DNA of 64,000 nt, taken from a virus. The notes beneath the pieces were generated by a model. That model ran no database searches, was not told where the DNA came from, and saw only the letters and a program-made list of their open reading frames with translations. Every line of letters starts with the position of its first letter. Position 1 is the first letter of the stretch. Below, piece by piece: positions 18,551-28,879 of the stretch. Location of the stretch: the IMG/VR virus record IMGVR_UViG_3300027754_003462. One strand, written 5' to 3'. The position numbers and the translations under genes are program-made.

Positions 18551-19057
18551 TTATTCTTTTTGCGTGTTTTGGCTTTTGCCAATAATACGTTCCAGCAGAT
18601 CATTGCGGCTTAGAACCACGCCGTGTGCTGTTTGTGCGGCGGCCATGCCCTCAGGATCTTTGGCATCCAGGGCTTGTTGTTGTTGATCTAGACGCATTTT
18701 TTTCATCTGTAGATCAATCATTTTGAGTTTCTTGTCCAGTTTGGCAGTCTTGGCTGTGATAGCATGACCCAGCATGTTTGATGCTACTGAAAAGATTTCA
18801 CTGGCAAAGCGTGAATCAACTTGAAAACCAAGATCCATGAGATCTTTGTAACTGCCTGTTGCCAGGCCGGCAAGTTCATCCATTTCGGTATCTGTTGCTT
18901 CAAGCCCACGCACAGCAGGCAAAGCATTGTCTACTTTGTCAATGGCTTCGTCCAGGGCTAGTAGTGTTTCTCTATTGGTAGGAAGTGTGGGCAGAGCAAG
19001 GTCTACTTCTTCCTCGGTGTGTGGGAGATCAAAAAGGTCTTCAAGTTTACGAGTCAT
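18551..19057 (-). CDS. Probable terminase small subunit (gp16-like)
   Basis: Size, LEDLFDL N-terminus and central coiled coil (..VASNML..KMIDLQ) resemble T4-like small terminases. Has its own late promoter. Confidence 0.5.
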   Translation of the reverse strand: MTRKLEDLFDLPHTEEEVDLALPTLPTNRETLLALDEAIDKVDNALPAVRGLEATDTEMDELAGLATGSYKDLMDLGFQVDSRFASEIFSVASNMLGHAITAKTAKLDKKLKMIDLQMKKMRLDQQQQALDAKDPEGMAAAQTAHGVVLSRNDLLERIIGKSQNTQKE

Positions 19058-19073
19058 GCCAATATTTAGTGGC

Positions 19074-19505
19074 TCACGCTCGACCGTTGTGAAACATGTC
19101 TTGTTCGGTTATGACTCTGAATGTGAGTCCGTTGCGTCGGGCCCATTTGGTCGCCGCGTCCCATTTGGCATAGTTGATGGCAACTATAGCACGTTCTTTT
19201 GAACTCATTTTTGACTCAATTACGCTTTGTTTTTTGGGTTTGATTTCAATCAATTCGGCTCGCATTTGATTGCCTCTAGTGCGATATGTTATTAAAAAAT
19301 CTGGGATATACTGTGTCATCTTGCCTGTCAAGGGATGACGATAAGGGATAGCAATTGATTCACTGGCCCACTGTAGTACAGCATCATTTGAGTCGCAGAA
19401 CTTCATGAAACTAAATTCCCAACCAGATCTGTAGCGGGGCTCGCCGTTGCCCACATACTTGGCACGGTTCACTACTGTATATGTGCCTTGTGCCCAGTGT
19501 GCCAT
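19074..19505 (-). CDS. gp4: Head completion nuclease gp4 (TnsA-like)
   Basis: YRSGWE, WASE, YIPDF, EIKP and N.AKW.AA motifs. Confidence 0.85.
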   Translation of the reverse strand: MAHWAQGTYTVVNRAKYVGNGEPRYRSGWEFSFMKFCDSNDAVLQWASESIAIPYRHPLTGKMTQYIPDFLITYRTRGNQMRAELIEIKPKKQSVIESKMSSKERAIVAINYAKWDAATKWARRNGLTFRVITEQDMFHNGRA

Positions 19506-19867
19506 TATTGTCTGACGTTTCTAGCCGCGTAGTAGTTGGGTGCTACTGGTATGCCCACTCCCAACAAGGTAGCACGGCTTCTGATACTGTTGAGATAGTA
19601 GGCCATGTTGATGTTGAGATCCAATTGCTCACCGCTGGCCTGGAATGTTTGCAACAGGGTCAATGGAGGAATATTAGTGTCTTGTGCCACTCTAAATAAA
19701 CTGGCAGTAAAGTTATCTGCGGCTTGTTTTGTGGTCATCACACTCTTGAAGTAACTGTTGACTATGTCATAGTCACCCACAGGAATGTTCACATCATAGT
19801 CATAGAATGCATCAAACACTCGTACTGTTTGATCAATGTTGTAGTTGGTGTAATTAATGCTGGCCAT
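19505..19867 (-). CDS. Hypothetical protein in the tail cluster
   Basis: ORF coupled to gp4 (TAATG overlap). Confidence 0.65.
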   Translation of the reverse strand: MASINYTNYNIDQTVRVFDAFYDYDVNIPVGDYDIVNSYFKSVMTTKQAADNFTASLFRVAQDTNIPPLTLLQTFQASGEQLDLNINMAYYLNSIRSRATLLGVGIPVAPNYYAARNVRQ

Positions 19868-19887
19868 AATTAGTAATTACCTAAAAA

Positions 19888-21015
19888 TCACTTTGGAGTA
19901 GGATAATACATACCACTGGCTCGTCCAGGAATCTGTCGCATGGCAGCTGGTACTGCTCCTTTGACCACATTTGTTCCCAGAGCCACTGCTTCGTTGACAG
20001 CAATACTCTTGAGATTTTTACCTTTAAACGTATTGTAGGTTGTGCCGGCTTTTTGTATAGCACCAATGATGCCCAATGGTCCACCACTTTGTAAGTCTTC
20101 TATGATACCTCCTGCGGCATCCAACAGGCCACCTTGTCCCATGAAGTTGGCACGACTGCCCGGACGACTGATTGGACTCAGTGTTTGATCATAGTGAGAG
20201 GGATCAGCAAAGCCTTTGATATTCTGATCTGGCCTACCTTTGCCAATGGCCCCTGCATAGTATTTCACAGTTTCATAAGCAATGGTCATGCTGTTCTGCA
20301 TGGTGCCAGCACCTTCTGCATAGGAGTACTGATCATGTGAGTAATTGGTGATTAGTGGATTGACCAACACATAAGTTGCTGTTTTGTGTTGATCCATGCC
20401 AGTGATCTGAATATCAAGAAAGAACGGAGCCTTGCCCGAAGGACCTGATGTACCATCATTGTAGGCTTCACCAATATAGCCCCAGTCGTTGACATTGCCC
20501 ACACGTTGGTTGGCATAGATGTCACGAATATTGTATCCAAATCCTGTGACTTTATTGGCGCTTTCACCAAGGCTGCCGTTGTTGCCATTTTCCAATACTT
20601 CATTGTAACTTTGGCTGGCATCTTTGTAGTAGTAGTTGTAGTAGGCGTACCACATCTTGCGCACATTGTCCCCAGCATCATCGTGAAATACCACAGTGAC
20701 AGGATCATAATTGATCTTGGTCTGTACCACACGCTTGCGATTGTATTGATTGAGAGTTTCGTTGGCAATTGTGAACTTGGGCAAGTCCACAGTCTTTACC
20801 ACATAACTCAATGATGAATTGCCTTGCACTCCAAGATAGGCAGCCAGGCCAGGAACACCTGCAAAGTTAAGAGTAAAACTAACGTGGAAAAGGAACTTGT
20901 ACCGAGGTTTAAGTTCAAATGAGTTGGGAGTAAACACCTTGCTTGCGTGAGTGTAATCACGCAAGGCATTGACTTCAGTAAATCCTTGAAAGAATTGTTG
21001 ACCAAATGTTGGCAT
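19888..21015 (-). CDS. Tail-tube-fold baseplate/tube initiator (gp54/gp48-like)
   Basis: PRYKFLF, VDLPK..ETLNQYNRKR and YDPVTVVFHDD. Directly follows the tail tube gene. Confidence 0.65.
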   Translation of the reverse strand: MPTFGQQFFQGFTEVNALRDYTHASKVFTPNSFELKPRYKFLFHVSFTLNFAGVPGLAAYLGVQGNSSLSYVVKTVDLPKFTIANETLNQYNRKRVVQTKINYDPVTVVFHDDAGDNVRKMWYAYYNYYYKDASQSYNEVLENGNNGSLGESANKVTGFGYNIRDIYANQRVGNVNDWGYIGEAYNDGTSGPSGKAPFFLDIQITGMDQHKTATYVLVNPLITNYSHDQYSYAEGAGTMQNSMTIAYETVKYYAGAIGKGRPDQNIKGFADPSHYDQTLSPISRPGSRANFMGQGGLLDAAGGIIEDLQSGGPLGIIGAIQKAGTTYNTFKGKNLKSIAVNEAVALGTNVVKGAVPAAMRQIPGRASGMYYPTPK

Positions 21016-21025
21016 TGCCTAGCCC

Positions 21026-21676
21026 TTAGGCGCCTAGGCCAACACCTGTTACTGAACCACCGATGGTGCGTCCAAGTCCGGTGGCAATAGCACCAATACC
21101 ACCATCGTTCACACTGGTCTTGGTCTGTGCGGCGTTGTCATAAGCAATGTTCAAATTGATTGTGACACCTTCGTTGGTACCATAGTTGAGTTCACCGTAG
21201 TCAGCACCCTTCAGGTAGCAACCATACAGTTCCCAGTTCTCAAGAACTGTAGGTGTGTCTGCACCATTGCCACCATCAAGAATTTGAATTGTGGTCATAA
21301 ACTTGTAGTCAATACCAGCCGCGGCTGATGCTTGTTCCAAGAAGTCCAGTTGTTTCTGCATTTGTTCACCAACCAGTGTCATAACACTGCCTGATGCATC
21401 ATCACGTACTGAACATGCGATATCAGCCCAGGTATGACGTCCGGCCAACTTCAGCGTTGAGTTGTAAATTGGTAATGCGATTTCTTCAAATGTTAGATTG
21501 GGTCTTGCCACGCTGACAACTTGTTTGGTCATTTCTGTTGTGCTATTAGTTACACCAAAATTTTGAAACAATACTCTAAATCTGTATTTGAGTTTGGGCA
21601 TCAACAGGCCCTGGGCGCTCGCGGATTGATCGCTTGCTAACGGTACTGTCATTCTGTTTAGTGATGCGCTTGCCAT
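21026..21676 (-). CDS. gp19: Tail tube protein
   Basis: PKLKYRFRV, AGRHTW, WELYGC and IAYD motifs. Directly downstream of the sheath gene. Confidence 0.85.
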   Translation of the reverse strand: MASASLNRMTVPLASDQSASAQGLLMPKLKYRFRVLFQNFGVTNSTTEMTKQVVSVARPNLTFEEIALPIYNSTLKLAGRHTWADIACSVRDDASGSVMTLVGEQMQKQLDFLEQASAAAGIDYKFMTTIQILDGGNGADTPTVLENWELYGCYLKGADYGELNYGTNEGVTINLNIAYDNAAQTKTSVNDGGIGAIATGLGRTIGGSVTGVGLGA

Positions 21677-21709
21677 TTGTTATCTCCTATATGTTTATTT
21701 ACCTGAAAC

Positions 21710-21731
21710 GAGGCCTGAAAAATCAGGCCCC
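21710..21731 (-). terminator. Hairpin after the sheath gene (possible terminator or processing site)
   Basis: GGGGCCTGA-TTTT-TCAGGCCTC followed by only a short T-run. Confidence 0.5.
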
Positions 21732-21738
21732 AGTTTCA

Positions 21739-24700
21739 TTATTGTCCGGCAGCAATTGCCCCAGTGTTCTTGATACGCAGGGGAATGTAGATGAATTCCA
21801 CTGCTTTCACTGGCTCAATAGCAACGTCTACCCACAATTCATTGCGGTCAATACGTGCAGGAGTGTTATTGCTCAAGTCACAAACAACCAGGTAGTCATA
21901 CAAGGCACGCTTGGCAACCAAGTCAATCATCAGGCTATTAACACTGTTGGTGATTTGATTGCGTGTGATTGTGTCATTGGGTTCAAACAAGTACAGTTTA
22001 CCAATCTCTTCCAGGCGTCCACGCAAGAAACACACCAGGCGTGCCACGTTGATACGATCCAGTGCTGTGGTTGTGGCAGTGGTGGTCTTGTTACCAAAGT
22101 TGGTGATACCAATTCCGGGAATGAACGTGATTGGGTTGATATTGCGCTCATACAGGATGTCACGTACTGATTGACTCACGCCAATTTGTGTAAACTCACC
22201 TGTGGTGGCTTCAATATAACCAATTGCCAAGGCATTGTCCACAACACCACGACGTGTGCCTGCTGGCGCCAACCATGGATAACTTGCGGCATCACTGCGC
22301 AAGATTGTGCGTACCATCATGTGGCTTGGTGGTTGAACAACTGTGTTTCCGCCAAGATCTGTGGTCTGACAACTGGGGTAGAACACACCGCAATAGTTGC
22401 TGGTCAAGATGTTGCCATCGCCATTGGGTTGCCCCAGGCCATTGTTGTTGGTAGCAAACGCCACCAGGCTTGTGCCATCTGGGCCCAGGCGCATGGGTGT
22501 GTCACCAACCACAAACAGAGTGTTGTTGCGTTCGTTGCTGAGTGCAATCATGTTTGGTGTCAACTCTGGATAAGCAGGTGTGGCAATGATATTGTATTGG
22601 TTCTGTTCTTCACGTGCTGCCACGCTGGTGTCAATACCTGACTTGAGTGCCTCCACAATAATTTGACGCTGTGCCAAGCGACCTGACCACATGCTGCCAT
22701 TGGATTTGTTGCCACTTGCTGTGAGCCATGTGCTGAGATCTATCAGATTCCAGTATGCAGTATTGCTTGGTGCTGTGCCGGCTGAGGTGGCCACGGCACA
22801 AACGTAGATGCCATTGCTGTAACTCACAAAGTCATTCACAGCATAGGCTGTGGTTGCTGAATAAGCATCAATTGCATAGTCAGTGGCTGTGGTTGTAAAG
22901 TAGTCTTGTTGCCAAGTCTTGACATTATAACCAGAACGACGTGTGTTAAACAACAAGGTACCTTGTGGATACAGTGCAGGGTTAGGTGCATCTGGATCTA
23001 GATAATCGCTGGTCAACAAACTCACGATGCTTGGCAATGCATCTGCTGAAGGGTCTGTGGTGCCGTTTGTGCTCCAACGTGCATCTGCAAACAGGATACC
23101 ATTTTGTGTGGTTTGATCTGTGGTGTCAATTTCTACCCACTGTTCAACACCGCTGACTGCTTGCCAACGATACAGTTTGGGATAGTTTTCCAGATCGGAT
23201 GTGTCAATCCACAAGTCTCCGTATACCAACGGACTCAATGATGTGTCAGTTTGTGTGGTAGGTGCTGTGGCACTGATGATGGGTCCGGTAGCATTACAAT
23301 CAGTTAGATCGTAACCACGAACATCATTGGTAACGTTTTGGTAACCCTGCCAGGCGCCATCATCTTGAATCATGATATCAGCTGCATCAACTGCACTGTA
23401 ATACCACAAACGACCATCTGCTGGATATGAGTCTGGCGCAGTAGAACTGGCTGTGTATTCAAACAATGGTGTTGAAACAAAGTTACTGAGTTTGAGTCCT
23501 GTGCCACTTACTGGGTTTTGTACTTGATCAGGAGCGCCTACTGCAAAACCAGCAATTGTAACTGGGGTACCGGATACATTTCTTAAAAATATTGTGCCGC
23601 CGGCTGAATGAGTAAACACAATGTTACCTGCTGAGTTAACACTGGCTGTAACATAAGGATTTGCAATAGCCGATACAGCAGTGATGAAATCACTTACTGT
23701 GCCGGTTCCGCCAATGGTAGCAGTAGCGGTAGATAGCGTGGTTGATCCAGGCACCGTGGCATTGACAGCAAAACTATTACCTACAGTAAATGCCGCTCCT
23801 GTAGGTACGGTAGTGCCAGTTATTATTGTGGCGCCTGCCGCATAACGTTCTTCAATTGTGAATGCCGCGGTAGGAATAATGGTACTCCAATCAAAAGTAG
23901 TCCAAGCCACATAAGTAGTGCCTGCTGGAATGTTCTTTCCGCCGCCTGTGGGATCAAGTGAATAAATTGCGGTGATATCACCGGTATAGGCAGGGCAAGA
24001 TTGTGTGATAAAAGTTCCAAGGGCGGCACTGTATTGCTTGACTATCAACTGCAATCCGTTGTTGGCACTACTCATGTTTTGCCACACAGAACCTGTGGGT
24101 CTTGCATTTAATGGATCAATAGTAGCACCTGAAATCCATTTGGGTTGTTCATAACTGTAACCTGGGAAGTATTCTGGAGCAGGATACTGGCTTGCAGTAA
24201 TACCCAACTGAGTCAGCAACGCAGTTCCCAAGTTAGGGCCGGCCACAACTTCAATAAAGCCATCACTGTTCAATGTGGAACCGTCTGTACCTGCGGCACT
24301 GGTAGCATACAGATACAATTGATTGCTCACTGCCCGAGCAGTAACGCCAGTGATAGCGGCACTATTAATAACCGCAACAAATCCTGCCACAGTGTTGGTT
24401 GCACCAACTGTGACTGTGGTGCCGTTGATGATCATGTTGGCACCCACAGTCAAGGTAGTGGTAACTGCATTGGTTCCTGCCACTGTGGGCCATGAAGTTT
24501 TCCAGGCATTGCTACCAACTTGATTCCAGGTGTTGTCGTATTTTTTGTAATAAACAAAAGCATATGCATCTACTGCCGACACAGCATAGTCACCAATACT
24601 GCCAATGGTTGCCAATGGTGTGGCATCAGCAATTGGGTCTGACCCGTCGCCTCCCACTGTGTCTGTTGTGTCTGTGATTATGGTAGGAGTTTGTAGGTCA

Positions 24701-25167
24701 AATGTTTCTGTGGTGGCATTCCATTCAAACAGGCCCCAAGTAGAAAGGCCTGTGTCCAACCAGTAGGTGCCGTTGGCCGGGGTGCCCAATGGACGAGTCA
24801 AACTGGCTGTGAGTGCTGTCAAATCAACATCAGCACGTTGGATATAAGCGCGGTTTGTCACACCCAAGGCAGAGTAAGCGGCCAGCAAGCCGTATTCGTT
24901 GAGTTCGTATCCGTTGATAGGAGTACCAGTTGTGGTGTTGTAGAAGAATGGCACACCAAAGGTGGCTGCTAAATCACGCTGGCTGGTGATCAAATATGTT
25001 TTGTTTGCATTAGCGGCAAGAGTACCGGCTGCTACAGTGATTCCATCACTGGATACTTTGTTTTGCGCTGTGGCAACCACAAAGTAGGGTACTGTGTTAA
25101 CGGCTGAGGGTACGTATTGACTCTCGTCAATTACTGTTACTTCTACGCCTGGTGATGTTAAAGCCAT
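21739..25167 (-). CDS. gp18: Contractile tail sheath protein (large, with inserted domains)
   Basis: MALTSPGVEV..IDES, PWLAPAG.RRG, INPI, DRINVARL, FEPND and IEPVKAVEFIYI. Confidence 0.95.
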   Translation of the reverse strand: MALTSPGVEVTVIDESQYVPSAVNTVPYFVVATAQNKVSSDGITVAAGTLAANANKTYLITSQRDLAATFGVPFFYNTTTGTPINGYELNEYGLLAAYSALGVTNRAYIQRADVDLTALTASLTRPLGTPANGTYWLDTGLSTWGLFEWNATTETFDLQTPTIITDTTDTVGGDGSDPIADATPLATIGSIGDYAVSAVDAYAFVYYKKYDNTWNQVGSNAWKTSWPTVAGTNAVTTTLTVGANMIINGTTVTVGATNTVAGFVAVINSAAITGVTARAVSNQLYLYATSAAGTDGSTLNSDGFIEVVAGPNLGTALLTQLGITASQYPAPEYFPGYSYEQPKWISGATIDPLNARPTGSVWQNMSSANNGLQLIVKQYSAALGTFITQSCPAYTGDITAIYSLDPTGGGKNIPAGTTYVAWTTFDWSTIIPTAAFTIEERYAAGATIITGTTVPTGAAFTVGNSFAVNATVPGSTTLSTATATIGGTGTVSDFITAVSAIANPYVTASVNSAGNIVFTHSAGGTIFLRNVSGTPVTIAGFAVGAPDQVQNPVSGTGLKLSNFVSTPLFEYTASSTAPDSYPADGRLWYYSAVDAADIMIQDDGAWQGYQNVTNDVRGYDLTDCNATGPIISATAPTTQTDTSLSPLVYGDLWIDTSDLENYPKLYRWQAVSGVEQWVEIDTTDQTTQNGILFADARWSTNGTTDPSADALPSIVSLLTSDYLDPDAPNPALYPQGTLLFNTRRSGYNVKTWQQDYFTTTATDYAIDAYSATTAYAVNDFVSYSNGIYVCAVATSAGTAPSNTAYWNLIDLSTWLTASGNKSNGSMWSGRLAQRQIIVEALKSGIDTSVAAREEQNQYNIIATPAYPELTPNMIALSNERNNTLFVVGDTPMRLGPDGTSLVAFATNNNGLGQPNGDGNILTSNYCGVFYPSCQTTDLGGNTVVQPPSHMMVRTILRSDAASYPWLAPAGTRRGVVDNALAIGYIEATTGEFTQIGVSQSVRDILYERNINPITFIPGIGITNFGNKTTTATTTALDRINVARLVCFLRGRLEEIGKLYLFEPNDTITRNQITNSVNSLMIDLVAKRALYDYLVVCDLSNNTPARIDRNELWVDVAIEPVKAVEFIYIPLRIKNTGAIAAGQ

Positions 25168-25262
25168 AATGGTTTCCTTTTCAAGTTGTAGATATTTATT
25201 GGCAAACGCCAAAAACACCCAGTTTGAACAACCTACATGTAGGTTCGTGTGCTAAATACCCC

Positions 25263-25607
25263 ATGAGACCGTTTTGTAAAGTGTGTGGGGTGTTGCCTCG
25301 TGCAGTGGCCTATCACAAATATGACCGTGTGTACTATAGATCCATGTGTACTGCTTGCCAACGTCGAGGTCGCAAACAAAAGGCGCCGGTGCCTCGTTGG
25401 CAATTGGATGGTTACAAGAAAAAACCTGCATGTGACAAATGCGGGTTCAAAGCACGATATTCCAGTCAATTGTTTGTGTTTCACCTGGACGGTGATCTAA
25501 ACAACAGCAATCAACGCAATCTACGAACTGTGTGTTTGAACTGCGGTGTAGAGGTCAAGCGTAGTGACGTTACTTGGCGTCGGGGAGATCTTGAGCCGGA
25601 CTTGTGA
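25263..25607 (+). CDS. Zinc-finger HNH-like protein
   Basis: Four CxxC pairs and H.DG..NN...NL. Start MRPFC lies 4 nt after TAAATA. Confidence 0.7.
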   Translation: MRPFCKVCGVLPRAVAYHKYDRVYYRSMCTACQRRGRKQKAPVPRWQLDGYKKKPACDKCGFKARYSSQLFVFHLDGDLNNSNQRNLRTVCLNCGVEVKRSDVTWRRGDLEPDL

Positions 25608-26232
25608 CCAATGATTTGACTTGCTGGTAGAGATCGTCTAGGGTGCCGTTGTTGTCTAATAACACATCGAAGTCCGTGCCGACCCAGGCAGTTTCACTAG
25701 CATGGATGCCAAATTTTTCTAATTTTCTGTGACTAATTGACCAGGTTGAGTTGCCGTTGGCACCACGATTTACACTCACCGCCGCATCATACCAAGAGGG
25801 TTCGGGCCCACGAGTCACTCTAATAACCCGGCCACCTGCACTTTTGATAGCCTTGATTTCGTTGGGAAAACGGCAGTCTGAAATCACCACATCATCTTGG
25901 CTGTGACGCAGTTTGTTTTCTAAACTGGCAATCCAGATATCGTCATGAAATCCGGCTCTGCACACTTCTGTGCCCCAGTATTGCAAGATCCAACGTGGAG
26001 TTAAAGTGGGCATGTGCAAGCGTTCGGCCCACCATGGATCCACTTGCTCACGCCACTCTCGGGCTTGTTTTGTGCGCCCTTCAAGCATGGTTCTGTCCCA
26101 ACCAAACACCTGTGCCACAGCATCTTTAAGAGTTGATGCAAATGATTCCCTACGAAAATGATGTAAATTAACAAGATAGTCAGCAATAGTATCTTTGCCC
26201 GACCCTATAAATCCGCAGATGCCAATGATCAT
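25570..26232 (-). CDS. gp1: Deoxynucleoside monophosphate kinase
   Basis: GFIGSGKDT P-loop, TPRWILQ.WGTE, DCRFPNE and HASE. Confidence 0.9.
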   Translation of the reverse strand: MIIGICGFIGSGKDTIADYLVNLHHFRRESFASTLKDAVAQVFGWDRTMLEGRTKQAREWREQVDPWWAERLHMPTLTPRWILQYWGTEVCRAGFHDDIWIASLENKLRHSQDDVVISDCRFPNEIKAIKSAGGRVIRVTRGPEPSWYDAAVSVNRGANGNSTWSISHRKLEKFGIHASETAWVGTDFDVLLDNNGTLDDLYQQVKSLVTSPAQDLPDAK

Positions 26233-26233
26233 A

Positions 26234-26896
26234 TTAATCCTTTTTAAAAATATCTAAATCAGTTTTATTTGTCCGCAGTCCCATGATATTGACACTGTAT
26301 CTAGGATAGTGACTTGCGTTTGCTGTTGAATGTGGAGTGTTTGCCCAGTCGAACCAATGCACATCTCCGGCTTGCCAGTGTGTGTATGTGCATGTTCCAT
26401 AAATGTAAAACTGCCCAGGGCGCCAATCTTCCAGCATCACAACCAACTTCACAATGTCAGCAGGATCACTATCAGGATATACCATGTCCAACTTGTCAAT
26501 GTGTTGATTAAACACCTGTCCGGTACGCTGTACATGCACTCGTGTTTTTTCTTGCTCTAGTGCAAACTGTGCAGACAACTGCTTGATATTGGGCACCCTG
26601 TCCAAATCATCAAACACATCTGTCAGTTCCATTTCAGGGTTTCCCCCACCCTGCACAATATCATATTCTTCTTGTTCTATGTGAGGGCTCAGACTTGTGG
26701 GTCTTGGCGTTGCCACGGTACTTTTTCTGTTGCGCCAGGTCATGGGTCGAGTGTGCCGCTTGATATACTCAAGTTCTTGGGCCCAGGTGTTTTGGTAACG
26801 TCCTAGTATTCGAAACCACTCACCGGGCTTGTCGATTCTCGTATCATCAAAATGATATTTACTTTGATTTTTTGTGTATTCCCAATTGCTTTTCAT
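26234..26896 (-). CDS. Cupin/2OG-Fe(II) oxygenase-like protein
   Basis: HxD (HID) with a distal H (PHSTAN) and a downstream R. Confidence 0.55.
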   Translation of the reverse strand: MKSNWEYTKNQSKYHFDDTRIDKPGEWFRILGRYQNTWAQELEYIKRHTRPMTWRNRKSTVATPRPTSLSPHIEQEEYDIVQGGGNPEMELTDVFDDLDRVPNIKQLSAQFALEQEKTRVHVQRTGQVFNQHIDKLDMVYPDSDPADIVKLVVMLEDWRPGQFYIYGTCTYTHWQAGDVHWFDWANTPHSTANASHYPRYSVNIMGLRTNKTDLDIFKKD

Positions 26897-27417
26897 TTGA
26901 GTTCTGTTACTTTGAGATGTTGAAGTGTTGCTTGCAACATGCCTATTTGTCTACGGCAGTCTTCTAGGGCATGGTGGCTGGTGGGAGGGATTGGTAGTTC
27001 AGGCCACAGACTAAACACTGTGCGGCTATCTCGAACCATATAGTATTTCCAAGGCAGGGCTTTGCCATAACTCTTGTAGGCATGCTCAAGAATCGTGCAA
27101 TCAAACGTGGGCCCTTGACAATACAAAAATTTACTAGTCCAGATGAGTTTGCCTAACTCATCTAGAGCCTGATCTAACGGAACACGATCATCCTCAGCAA
27201 ATGCTTCTTCTCTAGCATGGGTAGGTTGGGTTGCCCACCAATTTAAAGTACTGTCATCGATAGTTCGATTTTCTTGACTTTCTAATGAAACCCTGGCGTA
27301 GTAATATTGTTTATAATACCCAGAACCCAAGGGATCAAATGATTGGGCGGCTATAGTTAAGATGGTGGCAGCAGGTGCCACCCCAATGGTTTCGATGTCG
27401 ATCATTAGTGAACTCAT
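26893..27417 (-). CDS. DEDDh 3'-5' exonuclease (DexA/RNase AS-like)
   Basis: MIDIET, GPTFD, RDSRT and HHALEDC. Confidence 0.85.
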   Translation of the reverse strand: MSSLMIDIETIGVAPAATILTIAAQSFDPLGSGYYKQYYYARVSLESQENRTIDDSTLNWWATQPTHAREEAFAEDDRVPLDQALDELGKLIWTSKFLYCQGPTFDCTILEHAYKSYGKALPWKYYMVRDSRTVFSLWPELPIPPTSHHALEDCRRQIGMLQATLQHLKVTELK

Positions 27418-27423
27418 ATTAAC

Positions 27424-27452
27424 ATTATACGTTAACATCTAAAAAATATCAA
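27424..27452 (-). promoter_or_regulatory. Sigma70-type early promoter
   Basis: TTGATA-17 nt-TATAAT, with ATG 6 nt downstream. Confidence 0.75.
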
Positions 27453-27530
27453 CTGTTATGGTAAATAAAGGTGCCAATCGCGATACTGGACATATCCACC
27501 GGCTCTAACAGTTTATGAGGAACTATCAGC

Positions 27531-28094
27531 ATGAATACTTATCCACCTAACTATTACGTTTATGCATATCTGCGTAAATCAGATCTAACTCCATACTATA
27601 TCGGAAAAGGCAAAGGATACAGAGCCTGGGCCAAACAGCACAATGTCAAAATTCCTACTGATGCTAATAGAATTGTGATAGTAGAATCCAATCTTACCAA
27701 TATCGGTGCTCTTGCAATTGAGCGACAATTGATAAGATGGTATGGTCGCAAAGATTTAGAGACAGGAATACTTCGAAATTTAACCGACGGCGGAGACGGC
27801 ACGTTTAATCTTGTTCCGTCGGAAAAAAGAAAATTGGCTTGTATTAAATCTAATCAAGAACGAGTATGGACCGAAGAGTCAAAAAATAAACTGCGGGCAT
27901 TTAATTTAGGAAAGAAGCAAACTGCTGAATCTAATTTTAAACGAAGCCAAACTCTTAAAGGTAGAGCGTTCACTGAGGAGCACAAACTAAAAATAAGCCA
28001 AGGTCAAAAAGGTAGAGTGCAGTCTGCTGAAACCAAGGCAATTATTAGTGCAAAGAAACGGGCACGAGATGCGGCCCGTAAATTGCTTAATTAA
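27531..28094 (+). CDS. Free-standing GIY-YIG-like homing endonuclease with NUMOD3-type repeats
   Basis: YVYAY..PYYIGKG..R, NLTDGG and repeated (T/S)EE.K.K.S motifs. AT-rich, and its TAA overlaps the TAA of gp13 within TTAA. Confidence 0.8.
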   Translation: MNTYPPNYYVYAYLRKSDLTPYYIGKGKGYRAWAKQHNVKIPTDANRIVIVESNLTNIGALAIERQLIRWYGRKDLETGILRNLTDGGDGTFNLVPSEKRKLACIKSNQERVWTEESKNKLRAFNLGKKQTAESNFKRSQTLKGRAFTEEHKLKISQGQKGRVQSAETKAIISAKKRARDAARKLLN

Positions 28095-28855
28095 CCAATC
28101 ACCCAAGTAAGTGGCTGACTTGCATCCACGTACATTTTGAGTTCTTCAATTTTGGCATCCATCATGGCTTGCCCTTCGCTCTTCATTGCGGCACCGTTTA
28201 GTTGCCCGCCACCTTGTGGTCCAGCAATGGTCGAGAACTTTTCACGTGCTTCACCAATGATCATTTTACAAGCACCAACCATGTAATCCCGAATCCACTG
28301 CTGAATTTGGTAGTCACTCAGCAACTGGATTTCAGGTTTGGTCTGATACACCCAGAGCAGGACATTTTCGCCAGTGCCTTTTGGATCACGAATCAGTTGC
28401 AGTTTCTTGGTCACAGGATTCCAGGTATAGTTCATGTATGCACCAAACATGCGTCCAGCAAGTTCAACATACTGTGAGTAGAAGTCGTATGTGGCCAAGC
28501 CACCTGCCACGTTGAAGTTCATAAGGTAAACGTTGATACTTGCCTGTGCAAACGGATCAAAATTTGATGCAAACGGTCCTGTTGAGTCGCCAAATGTTCT
28601 GCGAAAAATTTGACGTACACTTTGCACTTCCTGTGGCAAAGTATAAATGTTGAGATCTCGAATCAACTCCATGAAGATGTAGGCTTCTTCATAGGCATTT
28701 TGAGCACGTTGGCGATAAACGCCTAGAGTACGCTGATATGCCGCTTCGTAGTGTGCAGGGTCTAATTCAAGATCAATGATTTGATCACCCATGGTCAATT
28801 TGCAATACTCAATAAGATTTTGCTTTAACTCGGGTAAGGTATTTTGTTCAGCCAT
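28091..28855 (-). CDS. gp13: Neck protein gp13
   Basis: [29 protein letters not shown] and terminal WVIG. Confidence 0.8.
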   Translation of the reverse strand: MAEQNTLPELKQNLIEYCKLTMGDQIIDLELDPAHYEAAYQRTLGVYRQRAQNAYEEAYIFMELIRDLNIYTLPQEVQSVRQIFRRTFGDSTGPFASNFDPFAQASINVYLMNFNVAGGLATYDFYSQYVELAGRMFGAYMNYTWNPVTKKLQLIRDPKGTGENVLLWVYQTKPEIQLLSDYQIQQWIRDYMVGACKMIIGEAREKFSTIAGPQGGGQLNGAAMKSEGQAMMDAKIEELKMYVDASQPLTWVIG

Positions 28856-28879
28856 TGGGGAGACTCCGTTCCCCCTTAT

